Origin: Pseudomonadota bacterium
Lineage (GTDB): Bacteria > Desulfobacterota > Binatia > UBA9968
Direction: 5' to 3'
DNA length: 64,000 nt
Assembly: GCA_021324155.1 (NCBI GenBank)
Contig: JAJPJQ010000051.1
Span: 199,293-263,292, forward strand
Shown: in pieces, positions 54,339 to 63,295 of the stretch
How the letters are laid out: every line of letters begins with the position of its first letter
Position numbering within the stretch: position 1 is the stretch's first letter
Notes under the pieces: model-generated
What the model was told of the DNA's origin: nothing
Seen by the model: the letters and a program-made list of their open reading frames with translations, nothing else
Database searches by the model: none
Position numbers and translations under genes: made by a program

Positions 54339-55286
54339 ATGGCGCGTGAACTTGATTTGACCTTCTCCCTCGCCGACTACGACCGCACGCGGCCGATTCT
54401 CACCGGCGCGGTGAAAGCGGACGGCATCAATTTCCAATTCCGCCCCGCGGTTCCCGGCGAAGCGTGCCTCGTGCCGGTTTACGAGCAGTTCGACATCGCC
54501 GAGATGTCGCTCTCGTGGTACACGATGGCCCGGCTGCGCGGCGAGCCGGTGATTGCGCTGCCGATCTTTCCCATGCGCATGTTCGTCCAGCCGTATATTT
54601 TCTGCTCGGCGTCGGCGCCGATCCGCGCGGCGGAGGATTTGCGCGGGAAAAGAGTCGGCATGGACCAGTACCGCCTGACGGTCGGCCTCTGGGCGCGCGG
54701 CATCCTGCAGGAATTCTACGGCGTCCGCCCCGGCGAGATGGCATGGGTCGCCTCCGAGCCCGAAGGCGCTGGCTTCGAGCCGCCGCCGGACGTGCGCATC
54801 GAGGTCGGCGCGAGCAACGTCGAATCGCTCCTGCTCGACGGCGCGCTCGACGCGCTGATCGCGCCCAACGTGCCGCAAAGTTTCCAGCAGCGCGACCCGC
54901 GCATCCGCCGGCTTTTCGCCGACTGCCGCGCGGAGGTCGTGAGCTACTTTCGCAAGACGAATATTTTTCCCATCACGCACGTGGTCGTCATGCGCGAGGC
55001 GCTCGCGGCGGAGCATCCCTGGCTCGCCGCGCGCCTGGTCGATACCTTCGAAGCCGCCGAGAAAGCCTGCCGCAAGGCGTATGCCTATCCCAAGCGCCTG
55101 GCGCTGCCGGCGGCGGTGCTCGTCGTCGAGGAGGAGGAAGCGGCATTCGGCAAAGAGCCGTTCAAGCACGGCCTCACGGCTGACAATCTGCTTGTGCTCG
55201 AGAAGTTCATCCAGTACGCTCATGAGCAGGGGTACATTTCCCGCCGTCCGAAGCCGACCGAGATGTTCGCCGCCGTGGAAAATTAA
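54339..55286 (+). CDS. 4,5-dihydroxyphthalate decarboxylase-like (OphD/SBP-fold) protein
   Basis: DYDRTRP, FDIAEMSLS, LPIFP, TVGLWARG, FPITH, YAHEQG. Confidence 0.8.
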   Translation: MARELDLTFSLADYDRTRPILTGAVKADGINFQFRPAVPGEACLVPVYEQFDIAEMSLSWYTMARLRGEPVIALPIFPMRMFVQPYIFCSASAPIRAAEDLRGKRVGMDQYRLTVGLWARGILQEFYGVRPGEMAWVASEPEGAGFEPPPDVRIEVGASNVESLLLDGALDALIAPNVPQSFQQRDPRIRRLFADCRAEVVSYFRKTNIFPITHVVVMREALAAEHPWLAARLVDTFEAAEKACRKAYAYPKRLALPAAVLVVEEEEAAFGKEPFKHGLTADNLLVLEKFIQYAHEQGYISRRPKPTEMFAAVEN

Positions 55287-55290
55287 AAAC

Positions 55291-56901
55291 ATGTCCAGCT
55301 TCGCCGATTTCTGCGCGGACTTTTTCGCGCGCTACTTCGAGCTTCACCCGACCGAGGCGATCCACTACGGCGTTCCCGGCTACGATAACCGGCTGAAGGA
55401 CTACACCGACGAGGCGTATCGCGCGGAGAAGGTCTTCGCCGACGAGTCCCTCAAGCGCCTGCGGCAGGTCTCGGTCAAGGGCCTCAGCCCCGACGAGTTG
55501 CTCGACTACGCGCTGCTGGACGGCCGTCTCACGATCGACAACTACGAATTCAAAAAAGAGGACTATCGCCTCAAGTCGCCGGAGCAGTATCTCTCGACGT
55601 CGCATTTCTACATTCTGACGGTCAAGCCGACGAACGACGTCGCCGGCAACCTGCTCGCGCGTCTGGAGCGCTCGCCCGCCATTATCGATCAGGGCATCGC
55701 CAATCTGAGCCGTCCCGAGGCGAACCCGCCGCGTCTCTGGACCGAGATCGCGATCGAGTCCGCCAAGGGCGGGGTGACTTTTCTCGATAATCTCTGGAGC
55801 ATCCCGCGCGTCAAGGAGACGACCAAAGACCCCGGGCGCTTCAACCGCGCGGTCGAGAGCGCGAAGGCGGCGACGCAAAAATTTCTTGATTTCCTCGAGC
55901 GGAACCTGCGGCCGCGAAGCCGCGGGGTCTACGCCGTCGGCCCCGAGCACTATCACCTGCTGCTCAAGAAAAAACACTTCTTGAGCATCGACGCCGCGCA
56001 GCTGCTGGCGCAGGGCGAGGCGCTGTTCGCCGAGACGAAGAACCAGCTCGCCGCGCTCGCCGAGAAGATCGCGCCGGGGAAAGGCATCGAGGCGGCGGCG
56101 CGGCAAATCCAGGACCGTCATCCGCCGGCCTCCGAGCTGCTGCCCGTTTATCGCAAGGCGATGGAGGCCGCGCGCGCGTTCGTACGCGATCAGGGCCTCG
56201 TCACGTTTCCGCCGCGAGAGGAGCTGCGCGTCGTCTACACGCCGGAGTTCGAGCGGCACGAGATGCCGTTCGCCGCGTATCTCTCGCCGTCGCCGAAGGA
56301 CAGCGAGCAGATCGGCTATTATTATGTCACGCCGGTCGAGAGCGACGACCTGCTGCGCGAGCACAACTACACGGGCCTGGAGAATACCTCCGTTCACGAG
56401 AGTTATCCCGGCCATCACCTGCAATTCACGGTAGCGAACTCGATTCCCGCGGCCTGCACGCTGCCGCGCCTGATGAACGAATCGTCGGTCTTTTACGAGG
56501 GCTGGGCGCTGTATTGCGAGCAGCTCATGCAGGAGCAGGGTTTCTTGAAGACCGAAGAGCACCGCTTCGTCATGCTGAAGGACCGCCTGTGGCGCGCGCT
56601 CCGCATCATCATCGACGTGAAGACGCAGACCGGCCGGCTGACTTACGACGAGGCGGCCGATCTGATGGTGCGCGAATTACAATTCCCGCGTCAACAGGCC
56701 GAGGGCGATTTGAATTGGTACAGCCAGTCGCCGTCTGTCCCGATGGGCTACGCGCTCGGCTGGTCGATCATCAACCGCATGCGCGAGACGGAAAAAGCCA
56801 AGCACGGCCCGCGCTTCGATCTCCGCGCCTTCCACGACCGGCTCCTGAGCGCCGGCAGCATCTCACTCCCGCTCGTAGAGAAAAGACACTTTTCCGAGTA
56901 A
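55291..56901 (+). CDS. DUF885 family protein (putative metallopeptidase)
   Basis: HESYPGHHLQ, EGWALYCE, WRALRIIID, FDLRAFHD. Confidence 0.9.
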   Translation: MSSFADFCADFFARYFELHPTEAIHYGVPGYDNRLKDYTDEAYRAEKVFADESLKRLRQVSVKGLSPDELLDYALLDGRLTIDNYEFKKEDYRLKSPEQYLSTSHFYILTVKPTNDVAGNLLARLERSPAIIDQGIANLSRPEANPPRLWTEIAIESAKGGVTFLDNLWSIPRVKETTKDPGRFNRAVESAKAATQKFLDFLERNLRPRSRGVYAVGPEHYHLLLKKKHFLSIDAAQLLAQGEALFAETKNQLAALAEKIAPGKGIEAAARQIQDRHPPASELLPVYRKAMEAARAFVRDQGLVTFPPREELRVVYTPEFERHEMPFAAYLSPSPKDSEQIGYYYVTPVESDDLLREHNYTGLENTSVHESYPGHHLQFTVANSIPAACTLPRLMNESSVFYEGWALYCEQLMQEQGFLKTEEHRFVMLKDRLWRALRIIIDVKTQTGRLTYDEAADLMVRELQFPRQQAEGDLNWYSQSPSVPMGYALGWSIINRMRETEKAKHGPRFDLRAFHDRLLSAGSISLPLVEKRHFSE

Positions 56902-56962
56902 GTTTCGGTTTTCGCGTTTCGAGTTTCGTGTCGCCCGGAATCCGAACCCGGAACTCGAAACT
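56902..56962. repeat. heptamer-repeat palindrome
   Basis: gtttcg gttttcg cgtttcg agtttcg ... ccgaacc cggaact cgaaact. Confidence 0.7.
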
Positions 56963-57000
56963 GGTCGATAATTTCTCGGAGCTCAGGTATAGCAACGACA

Positions 57001-57945
57001 ATGGCGAAAACTAAAGAACGCCCGACTCAACCATTGTTGGGCGCGCACATGTCGATCGCCGGCGGCGTCCACAATTCTCTGCTCGAAGGCAAGAAGGTCG
57101 AGTGCCAGGCGATCCAGATCTTCACGCGCTCGTCGCGGCAGTGGGCCGTGCGGCCGTACGAGAAAGAAGAGATCGCGCTGTTCCATCGACACCGCAAGGA
57201 CACCGGCATCGGCACGGTCGTCGCGCACGATTCCTATCTCTTGAACCTGGGCTCGCCGGACGCGGCGCTGAGAAAAAAATCGATCGCGGCGTTCATCGAC
57301 GAGCTCATGCGCTGCGAAATGTTGGGCGTCGCCGCGCTGATCGCGCATCCCGGCGCGCACATGGGCGCGGGCGAGCTTCAGGGCATCAAGACGATCGCGC
57401 GCTCGCTCGACGAGGTCCATAAATCCTGCCGCGGCTTCAAGACGAAAGTCGCGCTCGAGATCACCGCCGGACAGGGAAGCTGCCTCGGCTATCGCTTCGA
57501 GCAGATCCGCGACATCATCGACGCGACGAAGGAGGGCGAGCGCCTGCGCGTCTGCTTCGACACCGAGCACGCGTTCGCCGCGGGCTACGATTTCCGCACC
57601 ACGAGCGGCTACGCGGCGGTGTTCGACGAATTCGACGAGCTCGTCGGCATCGAGCGCCTCGCGGCGTTTCACCTGAACGATTCGAAAAAGGAATTGGGCT
57701 CGCGCGTCGACCGCCACGATCACATCGGACAGGGACAGCTCGGCGTCGAGGCGTTCCGGCTGATCCTGAACGACCGGCGCTTCTTCGGACTGCCGATGTG
57801 CCTGGAGACGCCGAAAGGAAAAGATTTGAAAGAAGACCGCGAGAACCTGACGCTGCTCAGAAGCCTGATCGGGCGCGCCGCGCCGCCGGTCATCCCGCCG
57901 GGATCGAGATCCCGGGAAAAAAGTACTGCACGACCAGCCCGATAG
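57001..57945 (+). CDS. nfo: endonuclease IV (AP endonuclease)
   Basis: LGAHMSIAGG, AHDSYLLNL, HPG, EITAGQG, CFDTEH, HLNDSK..DRH, ETP. Confidence 0.95.
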   Translation: MAKTKERPTQPLLGAHMSIAGGVHNSLLEGKKVECQAIQIFTRSSRQWAVRPYEKEEIALFHRHRKDTGIGTVVAHDSYLLNLGSPDAALRKKSIAAFIDELMRCEMLGVAALIAHPGAHMGAGELQGIKTIARSLDEVHKSCRGFKTKVALEITAGQGSCLGYRFEQIRDIIDATKEGERLRVCFDTEHAFAAGYDFRTTSGYAAVFDEFDELVGIERLAAFHLNDSKKELGSRVDRHDHIGQGQLGVEAFRLILNDRRFFGLPMCLETPKGKDLKEDRENLTLLRSLIGRAAPPVIPPGSRSREKSTARPAR

Positions 57946-58621
57946 CATAGCCGAATAGCGACGCGGCGACCGCAATAACAAAAAATTGCGCGCCCGAGGC
58001 GAAGAGCGGCTTCGCCGCGAGACGGCCCTTGAAGACGCCGACGGAAAAAAGCGTCAAGCCGGCGAGCGCGATCGAGACGTACAGTGCTTGCAAGCCCGAT
58101 AGCAGCAGATACGGCGCGAGCGGGATCGCTCCGCCCAGAACGAACGAGAGACCCATGACCAGCGCCGCCCGGACCGGCCGGTTGAGCTCGGCGGTTCCGA
58201 GGCCAAAAACTTTTTCCTGAAACGTCCGCAAAAACACTCCCTGCTGCTGTCCCAGCAGCTTGACGACGCGGTAGCCCTGCTCTTTCGTCATGCCTTCCTG
58301 GCTGAGCGCATTGAGCAGTCCTTCGGCGGCGATATAGGGCTCGGCTTCCGCCAGCTCGGCCGCGTCTTTAATCTCTTTATCGAAGATTTCCTTTTCGGCG
58401 TTGGAGGAGAGATACGATCCCGTCGCCATCGATACGGCGCCGGCGAACATCGCCGTCAGGCCCGTGATAATCACGACCAGATTATTTTCGGTCGCGCCCT
58501 GAATGCCGGCCAAAAGACCGACCGTGCTCATGAGCCCGTCCTGGATGCCGAAGACGAACTCGCGCACGCGCGCGCGGCTTTCGATGATCTCGCGCTTGCG
58601 TTGGATTTCGTCGAGGGCCAT
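57890..58621 (-). CDS. VIT1/CCC1 family Fe/Mn transporter
   Basis: REFVFGIQDGL, AGAVSMATGSYLS, GGAIPLAPY. Confidence 0.92.
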   Translation of the reverse strand: MALDEIQRKREIIESRARVREFVFGIQDGLMSTVGLLAGIQGATENNLVVIITGLTAMFAGAVSMATGSYLSSNAEKEIFDKEIKDAAELAEAEPYIAAEGLLNALSQEGMTKEQGYRVVKLLGQQQGVFLRTFQEKVFGLGTAELNRPVRAALVMGLSFVLGGAIPLAPYLLLSGLQALYVSIALAGLTLFSVGVFKGRLAAKPLFASGAQFFVIAVAASLFGYAIGLVVQYFFPGISIPAG

Positions 58622-58628
58622 AAAAAAT

Positions 58629-58656
58629 AGTTTCGAGTTGTGTGTTTCGAGTCTGA
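58629..58656. repeat. half heptamer-repeat element
   Basis: agtttcg agttgtg tgtttcg agtctga. Confidence 0.5.
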
Positions 58657-58660
58657 TCGT

Positions 58661-59215
58661 TTACCGCCCGATTTGTGACCTGTATTCTTTTACCGCCTTT
58701 ACGAAATTAGGTATCTTCTCGGGTGGGATGTCGTCGTATATGGGAATATTCTCATTTGCTGCTTCACGACCCCTTATTGGATTCGGTTCCAATTTAACGA
58801 CGCCGAGCAAAGGACGATTTCGCCGCTCAGCCATGTCCTTCTCGTCGGCGAACCATCCCTTAAAAAAACGGTATCGTGGCTTGAAAATTGTGAAAACTGG
58901 GAAGTCGGTATTCGAGGGAGCGCGCCGCTCGATCTCCGGCGCGTTCACAACGAAGTAGCCTTGGTCGTCGGTTAGTACTTCCACCGCATCGTAAAATTGA
59001 GTGTTGGTTTGTACGACGGCATATAGCTCGTAATACCAAGCCGCGACCACTGCGGCTCCGCGGATGGGCAAGTTGGTTCGCGCATCCACCACCTGACCTC
59101 GATACGGACCTCGTGTGCCCCAAAGAGAATAATCGCCAGTCCTTCTCGCGGCGCAACCGGACGATATTGGAAGCAAAATCAAAAAAAGTAAGAAGATCTT
59201 GATAGTCGATTGCAT
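58661..59215 (-). CDS. hypothetical lipoprotein with carboxypeptidase-regulatory-like beta domain
   Basis: SSGC lipobox; GQVVDART..PI.GA.V, TDDQGYF; AT-richer than flanks. Confidence 0.7.
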   Translation of the reverse strand: MQSTIKIFLLFLILLPISSGCAARRTGDYSLWGTRGPYRGQVVDARTNLPIRGAAVVAAWYYELYAVVQTNTQFYDAVEVLTDDQGYFVVNAPEIERRAPSNTDFPVFTIFKPRYRFFKGWFADEKDMAERRNRPLLGVVKLEPNPIRGREAANENIPIYDDIPPEKIPNFVKAVKEYRSQIGR

Positions 59216-59225
59216 GTACTTGAAG

Positions 59226-59753
59226 TCAGTATTTTAAATTCAATTCCCCGGTATTTTCGCCCGGCCGCCACTCCGCCGGGCAGAGACGGCCGGTGCGGAG
59301 CGCCTTGAGCACGCGCAGCGTCTCCTCGACGCTGCGCCCCACGTTCATGTGGCTCACCATGAGATAATTCACTTCGCGCGCGGGATTGAGAATAAACGTC
59401 GCGCGCGCGCTGACGCCCTCCTTCTCGATGAGCACGCCGTAATCGCGGCTCATTTTTTTCTCGACGTCGCTGAGCAGCGGAAAGTCGATGCCGCCAAGCT
59501 CGTCGATCCACGAGCGGTGCGTCTCGATCGGATCGACGCTCGCGCCGAGCACCTCGGCCTGCTCGACGCGAAAATCTTTCGCGAATTTGCTGAAGCCCGT
59601 CACCTCCGTCGGGCAGATGAAGGTGAAATCCGCCGGATAGAAAAACAGCACGAGCCATTTGCCCGGAAACGACTCCAGTGAGTAATTGGCGATCTTGCCG
59701 CCGAGAATGCCCTGGAGCTTAAACTCGGGCGCCTTCGAACCCATCGCGACCAT
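59226..59753 (-). CDS. 2-Cys peroxiredoxin (AhpC/Prx1 family)
   Basis: FFYPADFTFICPTE, GRSVEETLR, LCPAEW. Confidence 0.93.
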   Translation of the reverse strand: MVAMGSKAPEFKLQGILGGKIANYSLESFPGKWLVLFFYPADFTFICPTEVTGFSKFAKDFRVEQAEVLGASVDPIETHRSWIDELGGIDFPLLSDVEKKMSRDYGVLIEKEGVSARATFILNPAREVNYLMVSHMNVGRSVEETLRVLKALRTGRLCPAEWRPGENTGELNLKY

Positions 59754-59787
59754 ATTCTCTCCTCGAAAACGGAAGTCGAGAAATTTC

Positions 59788-60471
59788 TTAATCCGGCAGG
59801 TTGCGCCAGAGGGAGAAGGTCACGTCGTCCCGCTCCGCCGCTTCGGCCGTGAACCACGGCTCGGCCGACTCGCCGCCCTTCAACAGTCCGAAAAAGTAAA
59901 TCCGCAGCATCTGCTCGATCAATTGCGGCAGCGGCAGGTCGCGCTTCGGATGATACCAGGTGTAGATCCAGTTCATCATCCCGAAGAGCGCGAAGGTCGC
60001 GGCGCGGATGTCGATCACCCGGCCGCTCTCGCGTCCCTGCACCTCGCCGATCAGGTCCATCAGGATCTTGACGTAGCGGCGCTTGAGCACGAGCATCTGC
60101 TCCTGGAATTTGCCCGTGAGCGACTCGTCCTCGTGCGCCATAACTTTCATTTCGTGCATGTTGTGGAGAAAAAAGCCGAGATGATTCTCGGCGAAGAGGC
60201 GGACGCGAACGCGCGCGTCCTCATCGGGGTTCACCGTCTCCCAGCGCTGTAGCAGCGTCAGGATGCAGCGCTCCTGAATCAGGAACAGCAGCTCTTCTTT
60301 CGTCCGGAAATAATAGTAGAGGCCGGCGAGGCTCATGCCGGTCGCGCGCGAGATATCGCGGATCGATGTGCTGTGGAAACCCTTCTCGGCGAATATCTTC
60401 GCCGCGCACTTGAGGATCGTTTCGAGCTTCTCGTCGTAGTGGCGCGTAGGAGTATCGCTGCGGGTCGCCAT
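59788..60471 (-). CDS. TetR/AcrR family regulator (KstR2-like C-terminus)
   Basis: AAKIFAEKGF..TSIRDI...GLYYYF.TKEELL; GMMNWIYTWY. Confidence 0.92.
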   Translation of the reverse strand: MATRSDTPTRHYDEKLETILKCAAKIFAEKGFHSTSIRDISRATGMSLAGLYYYFRTKEELLFLIQERCILTLLQRWETVNPDEDARVRVRLFAENHLGFFLHNMHEMKVMAHEDESLTGKFQEQMLVLKRRYVKILMDLIGEVQGRESGRVIDIRAATFALFGMMNWIYTWYHPKRDLPLPQLIEQMLRIYFFGLLKGGESAEPWFTAEAAERDDVTFSLWRNLPD

Positions 60472-60594
60472 GACGAATCATCTTCGCAAAGGGACAATGG
60501 GGTGTCAATCGAAGCTGAATATGGGGCGGTCGCATGCCTCGCAGCACAGGCGATTAATGCTTCTTCCACGGCGTTGTGCGAAGTATACTGAAGC

Positions 60595-61680
60595 ATGCGC
60601 CTTCCCGTGAACCCGCCGGTCTTGCCGATGCTCGCCAAGCGTCTCTCCGAATTGCCCGCGGGCGACGGCTGGATCTTCGAGCCGAAGTGGGACGGGTTTC
60701 GCGCATTGGTGTTTCGCGACGGCGACGAAGTTCTGATTCAGAGCCGCGACGAGAAATCGTTCAACCGCTACTTTCCCGAGCTGATCGACCCGCTGCGCGC
60801 GCAGCTGCCGGCGCGCTGCGTGCTCGACGGCGAGATCGTCGTCGTACAGGACGGCGCGCTCGAGTTCGACACGCTGCAGCAGCGGATTCATCCCGCCGCG
60901 TCGCGCGTCAAGCTGCTCTCGCAGCGAACTCCGGCGTCGATCGTCTTCTTCGATCTGCTCGCCGAAGGAGATGAGGATCTGCGCGAGACGCCGTTCGCGG
61001 ATCGCCGGCAAAGGCTCGAAGCGCTCCTTTCGTCCGCCGCGCCGCCGCTGCACTTGACGCCCGCGACCCGCGATTTGAAAACCGCGCGCGACTGGTTTCG
61101 CCGTTTCGAGGGCGCCGGCCTCGACGGCGTCGTCGCCAAGCCGGTTGCGGGCATTTACGAGCCCAATAAGCGCGCGATGCTCAAGATCAAGCACGAGCGC
61201 GAGTGCGATTGCGTCGTCGCGGGTTTTCGCTGGCACAAGAAAGGCGCGCGCACGATGGTCGGCTCGCTGCTGCTCGGTCTCTACAACGACGCCGGCGCGC
61301 TGCAACACGTCGGCGTATGCGCGAGCTTTACCGAAGCCAAGCGCCGCGAGCTGGTGGAATTTCTCGCGCCCTACCGCAAGAACGCGCTGGCGGATCATCC
61401 GTGGAAAGATTGGGCCGAGCAGGAATCGGGCGACGGCGACGGGCAGCGCATGCCCGGCGCGCAGAGCCGCTGGAGCGGCGGCAAGGACATGTCGTGGGAG
61501 CCGCTCCGTCCGGAGCTCGTCGTCGAAGTCGCTTACGACCACATGCAGAGCGACCGCTTCCGCCATACGGCGCAGTTTCGCCGCTGGCGCACGGACAAGA
61601 AGCCGCGCGACTGCACGTACGAGCAGCTCGAAGTCGTCGCGCCGGAAGAGCTGGCGGCGATTTTCGCGCGCGGCCGCTGA
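60595..61680 (+). CDS. ligC: ATP-dependent DNA ligase, LigC type
   Basis: PMLAK, EPKWDGFR, LDGEIV, EGAGLDGVVAK, KIKH, SRWS..KD.SW..LRPE, RFRH. Confidence 0.9.
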   Translation: MRLPVNPPVLPMLAKRLSELPAGDGWIFEPKWDGFRALVFRDGDEVLIQSRDEKSFNRYFPELIDPLRAQLPARCVLDGEIVVVQDGALEFDTLQQRIHPAASRVKLLSQRTPASIVFFDLLAEGDEDLRETPFADRRQRLEALLSSAAPPLHLTPATRDLKTARDWFRRFEGAGLDGVVAKPVAGIYEPNKRAMLKIKHERECDCVVAGFRWHKKGARTMVGSLLLGLYNDAGALQHVGVCASFTEAKRRELVEFLAPYRKNALADHPWKDWAEQESGDGDGQRMPGAQSRWSGGKDMSWEPLRPELVVEVAYDHMQSDRFRHTAQFRRWRTDKKPRDCTYEQLEVVAPEELAAIFARGR

Positions 61681-61690
61681 AAGAATTTCG

Positions 61691-63007
61691 CTAGCGCCGA
61701 TGCCGCGCGCGCCCGTCGCGCCACGCGCGCGTGGGATCGTCGTCGGGGTCCGGCGTCTCCTGCGGCGGACGCAGGTCTTCGGGCACGTGGCGCAGATTCA
61801 CCCGGATGCGCGTCCAGGTCGACGACCGGCCGCGCATCGAGTCGACCAGCACGTCGTCGGCGGCGAGCAGCGCGGCGGCTTCGGGATGTTTGTTTTTCCA
61901 CCGCTCCAGGCCGGCGCGCGCCGCTTCCTTATCCGGCGAATTCGCAATCGTGACCAGCGGCGCTTTCGCGCGCGGCTTTTTCGCCGCGGTGTTCTTTGCC
62001 GCCGCGGCGCGGGCGCGCGACGGCGCGACGCGCGGCGCCTCGCCTTCCATCTTGCGGAAGTGGGGCGGCCAGGGCGCGTCGCCGAGGCCGTCGGCCTCGT
62101 CTTGTGCCGCGAGCTCCAGCAGCTTTTCGAGCGAGCCCGGCGCTTGATCCATATCCGCGTGCGGATCGCCCAATTCGGCCAGGCGCCGCGGCACCGTGAG
62201 CACGGTGAAATCGGCCGGATCGCAGTCGGCGACCTCATCCCAATGCAGCGGGGTCGACACGCGCGCGTCGGCAAGCGGGCGCACGGAGTAGGCCGAGCAG
62301 GTCGTGCGGTCCTTCGCGTTCTGGTTGTAGTCGAGGAACACGCCGTGGCGCTCTTCCTTCCACCATTTGGAGCTCGCCAGCGCCGGCGCGCGCCGCTCGA
62401 TCGCGCGCGACAGCGCGAGCGCGGCGCGCCGCACTTCGACGAAGCTCCAGCGCCGCTCGATTCGCGCGTTCACGTGCATGCCGCGCGAGCCGCTCGTCTT
62501 GGGCCAGCCGCAGAGACCCATCTCCTCGAGAAACGCTTTCACCTCGAGCGCGACGCGGCGCACGTCGTCCCAGGCGACGCCCGGATTGGGATCGAGGTCG
62601 ACGCGCAATTCGTCGGGATGGTCGAGATCGCCCGCGCGCACCGGATGCGGATGGAGCTCGATGCAGCCGAGGTTAACGATCCACGCGAGTCCGGCCGCGT
62701 CATCGACCACTATCTCCTCCGCCGTGCGGCCCGATGGGAACGACAGCGTCACGGTGCGCAGCCACGGAGGCCGCTGCGCCGGAGCGCGCTTTTGATAAAA
62801 CGGCGGCGCATCGGCGCCGTCGACGAAGCGCTTGAGCACGAGCGGGCGGTCGCGAATCCCGCCGAGCGCGCCCGACGCGACCGATAGATAGTAGCGCACG
62901 AGATCGAGCTTTGAGAGCTTGGTCTGCTTTGAAAAATAGGCCTTGTCGGGGTTCGTCACGCGAACCTCGCGCCCGTCGATCGACAGAATCTCGGAGGTGT
63001 CTTTCAT
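61691..63007 (-). CDS. stand-alone LigD polymerase-domain protein (Prim-PolC type) with C-terminal extension
   Basis: TNPDK, KRFVDG..FYQKRAP, PDELRVDLDP, KTSGSRGMH, WWKEERHGVFLDYNQN, YSVRP. Confidence 0.9.
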   Translation of the reverse strand: MKDTSEILSIDGREVRVTNPDKAYFSKQTKLSKLDLVRYYLSVASGALGGIRDRPLVLKRFVDGADAPPFYQKRAPAQRPPWLRTVTLSFPSGRTAEEIVVDDAAGLAWIVNLGCIELHPHPVRAGDLDHPDELRVDLDPNPGVAWDDVRRVALEVKAFLEEMGLCGWPKTSGSRGMHVNARIERRWSFVEVRRAALALSRAIERRAPALASSKWWKEERHGVFLDYNQNAKDRTTCSAYSVRPLADARVSTPLHWDEVADCDPADFTVLTVPRRLAELGDPHADMDQAPGSLEKLLELAAQDEADGLGDAPWPPHFRKMEGEAPRVAPSRARAAAAKNTAAKKPRAKAPLVTIANSPDKEAARAGLERWKNKHPEAAALLAADDVLVDSMRGRSSTWTRIRVNLRHVPEDLRPPQETPDPDDDPTRAWRDGRARHRR

Positions 63008-63295
63008 CCTAAGAATCCGGCCAGCGGTCCGCCAATTATGGCGCAGGCCCTTTACAGCTTAGCAATTTTGCTTCATGCACCGAAGGCCAACGTTTCAAGA
63101 CACAAGCACACCAGAACGACGCCGCACGACGGATCTGAAACTCACCCAAGAATTTGCTAAGATCGCAAAACGCCGAATGCCGAGTTACTTAGAAAGAGCG
63201 CGGCCCGGCCTGATTAATGTGACAAGCTCGTCCCTGTTCTGCAACGGAGCCGCGATGACTACTATTAACATCCCCCGCCGCACAGGTTGCCGGAA

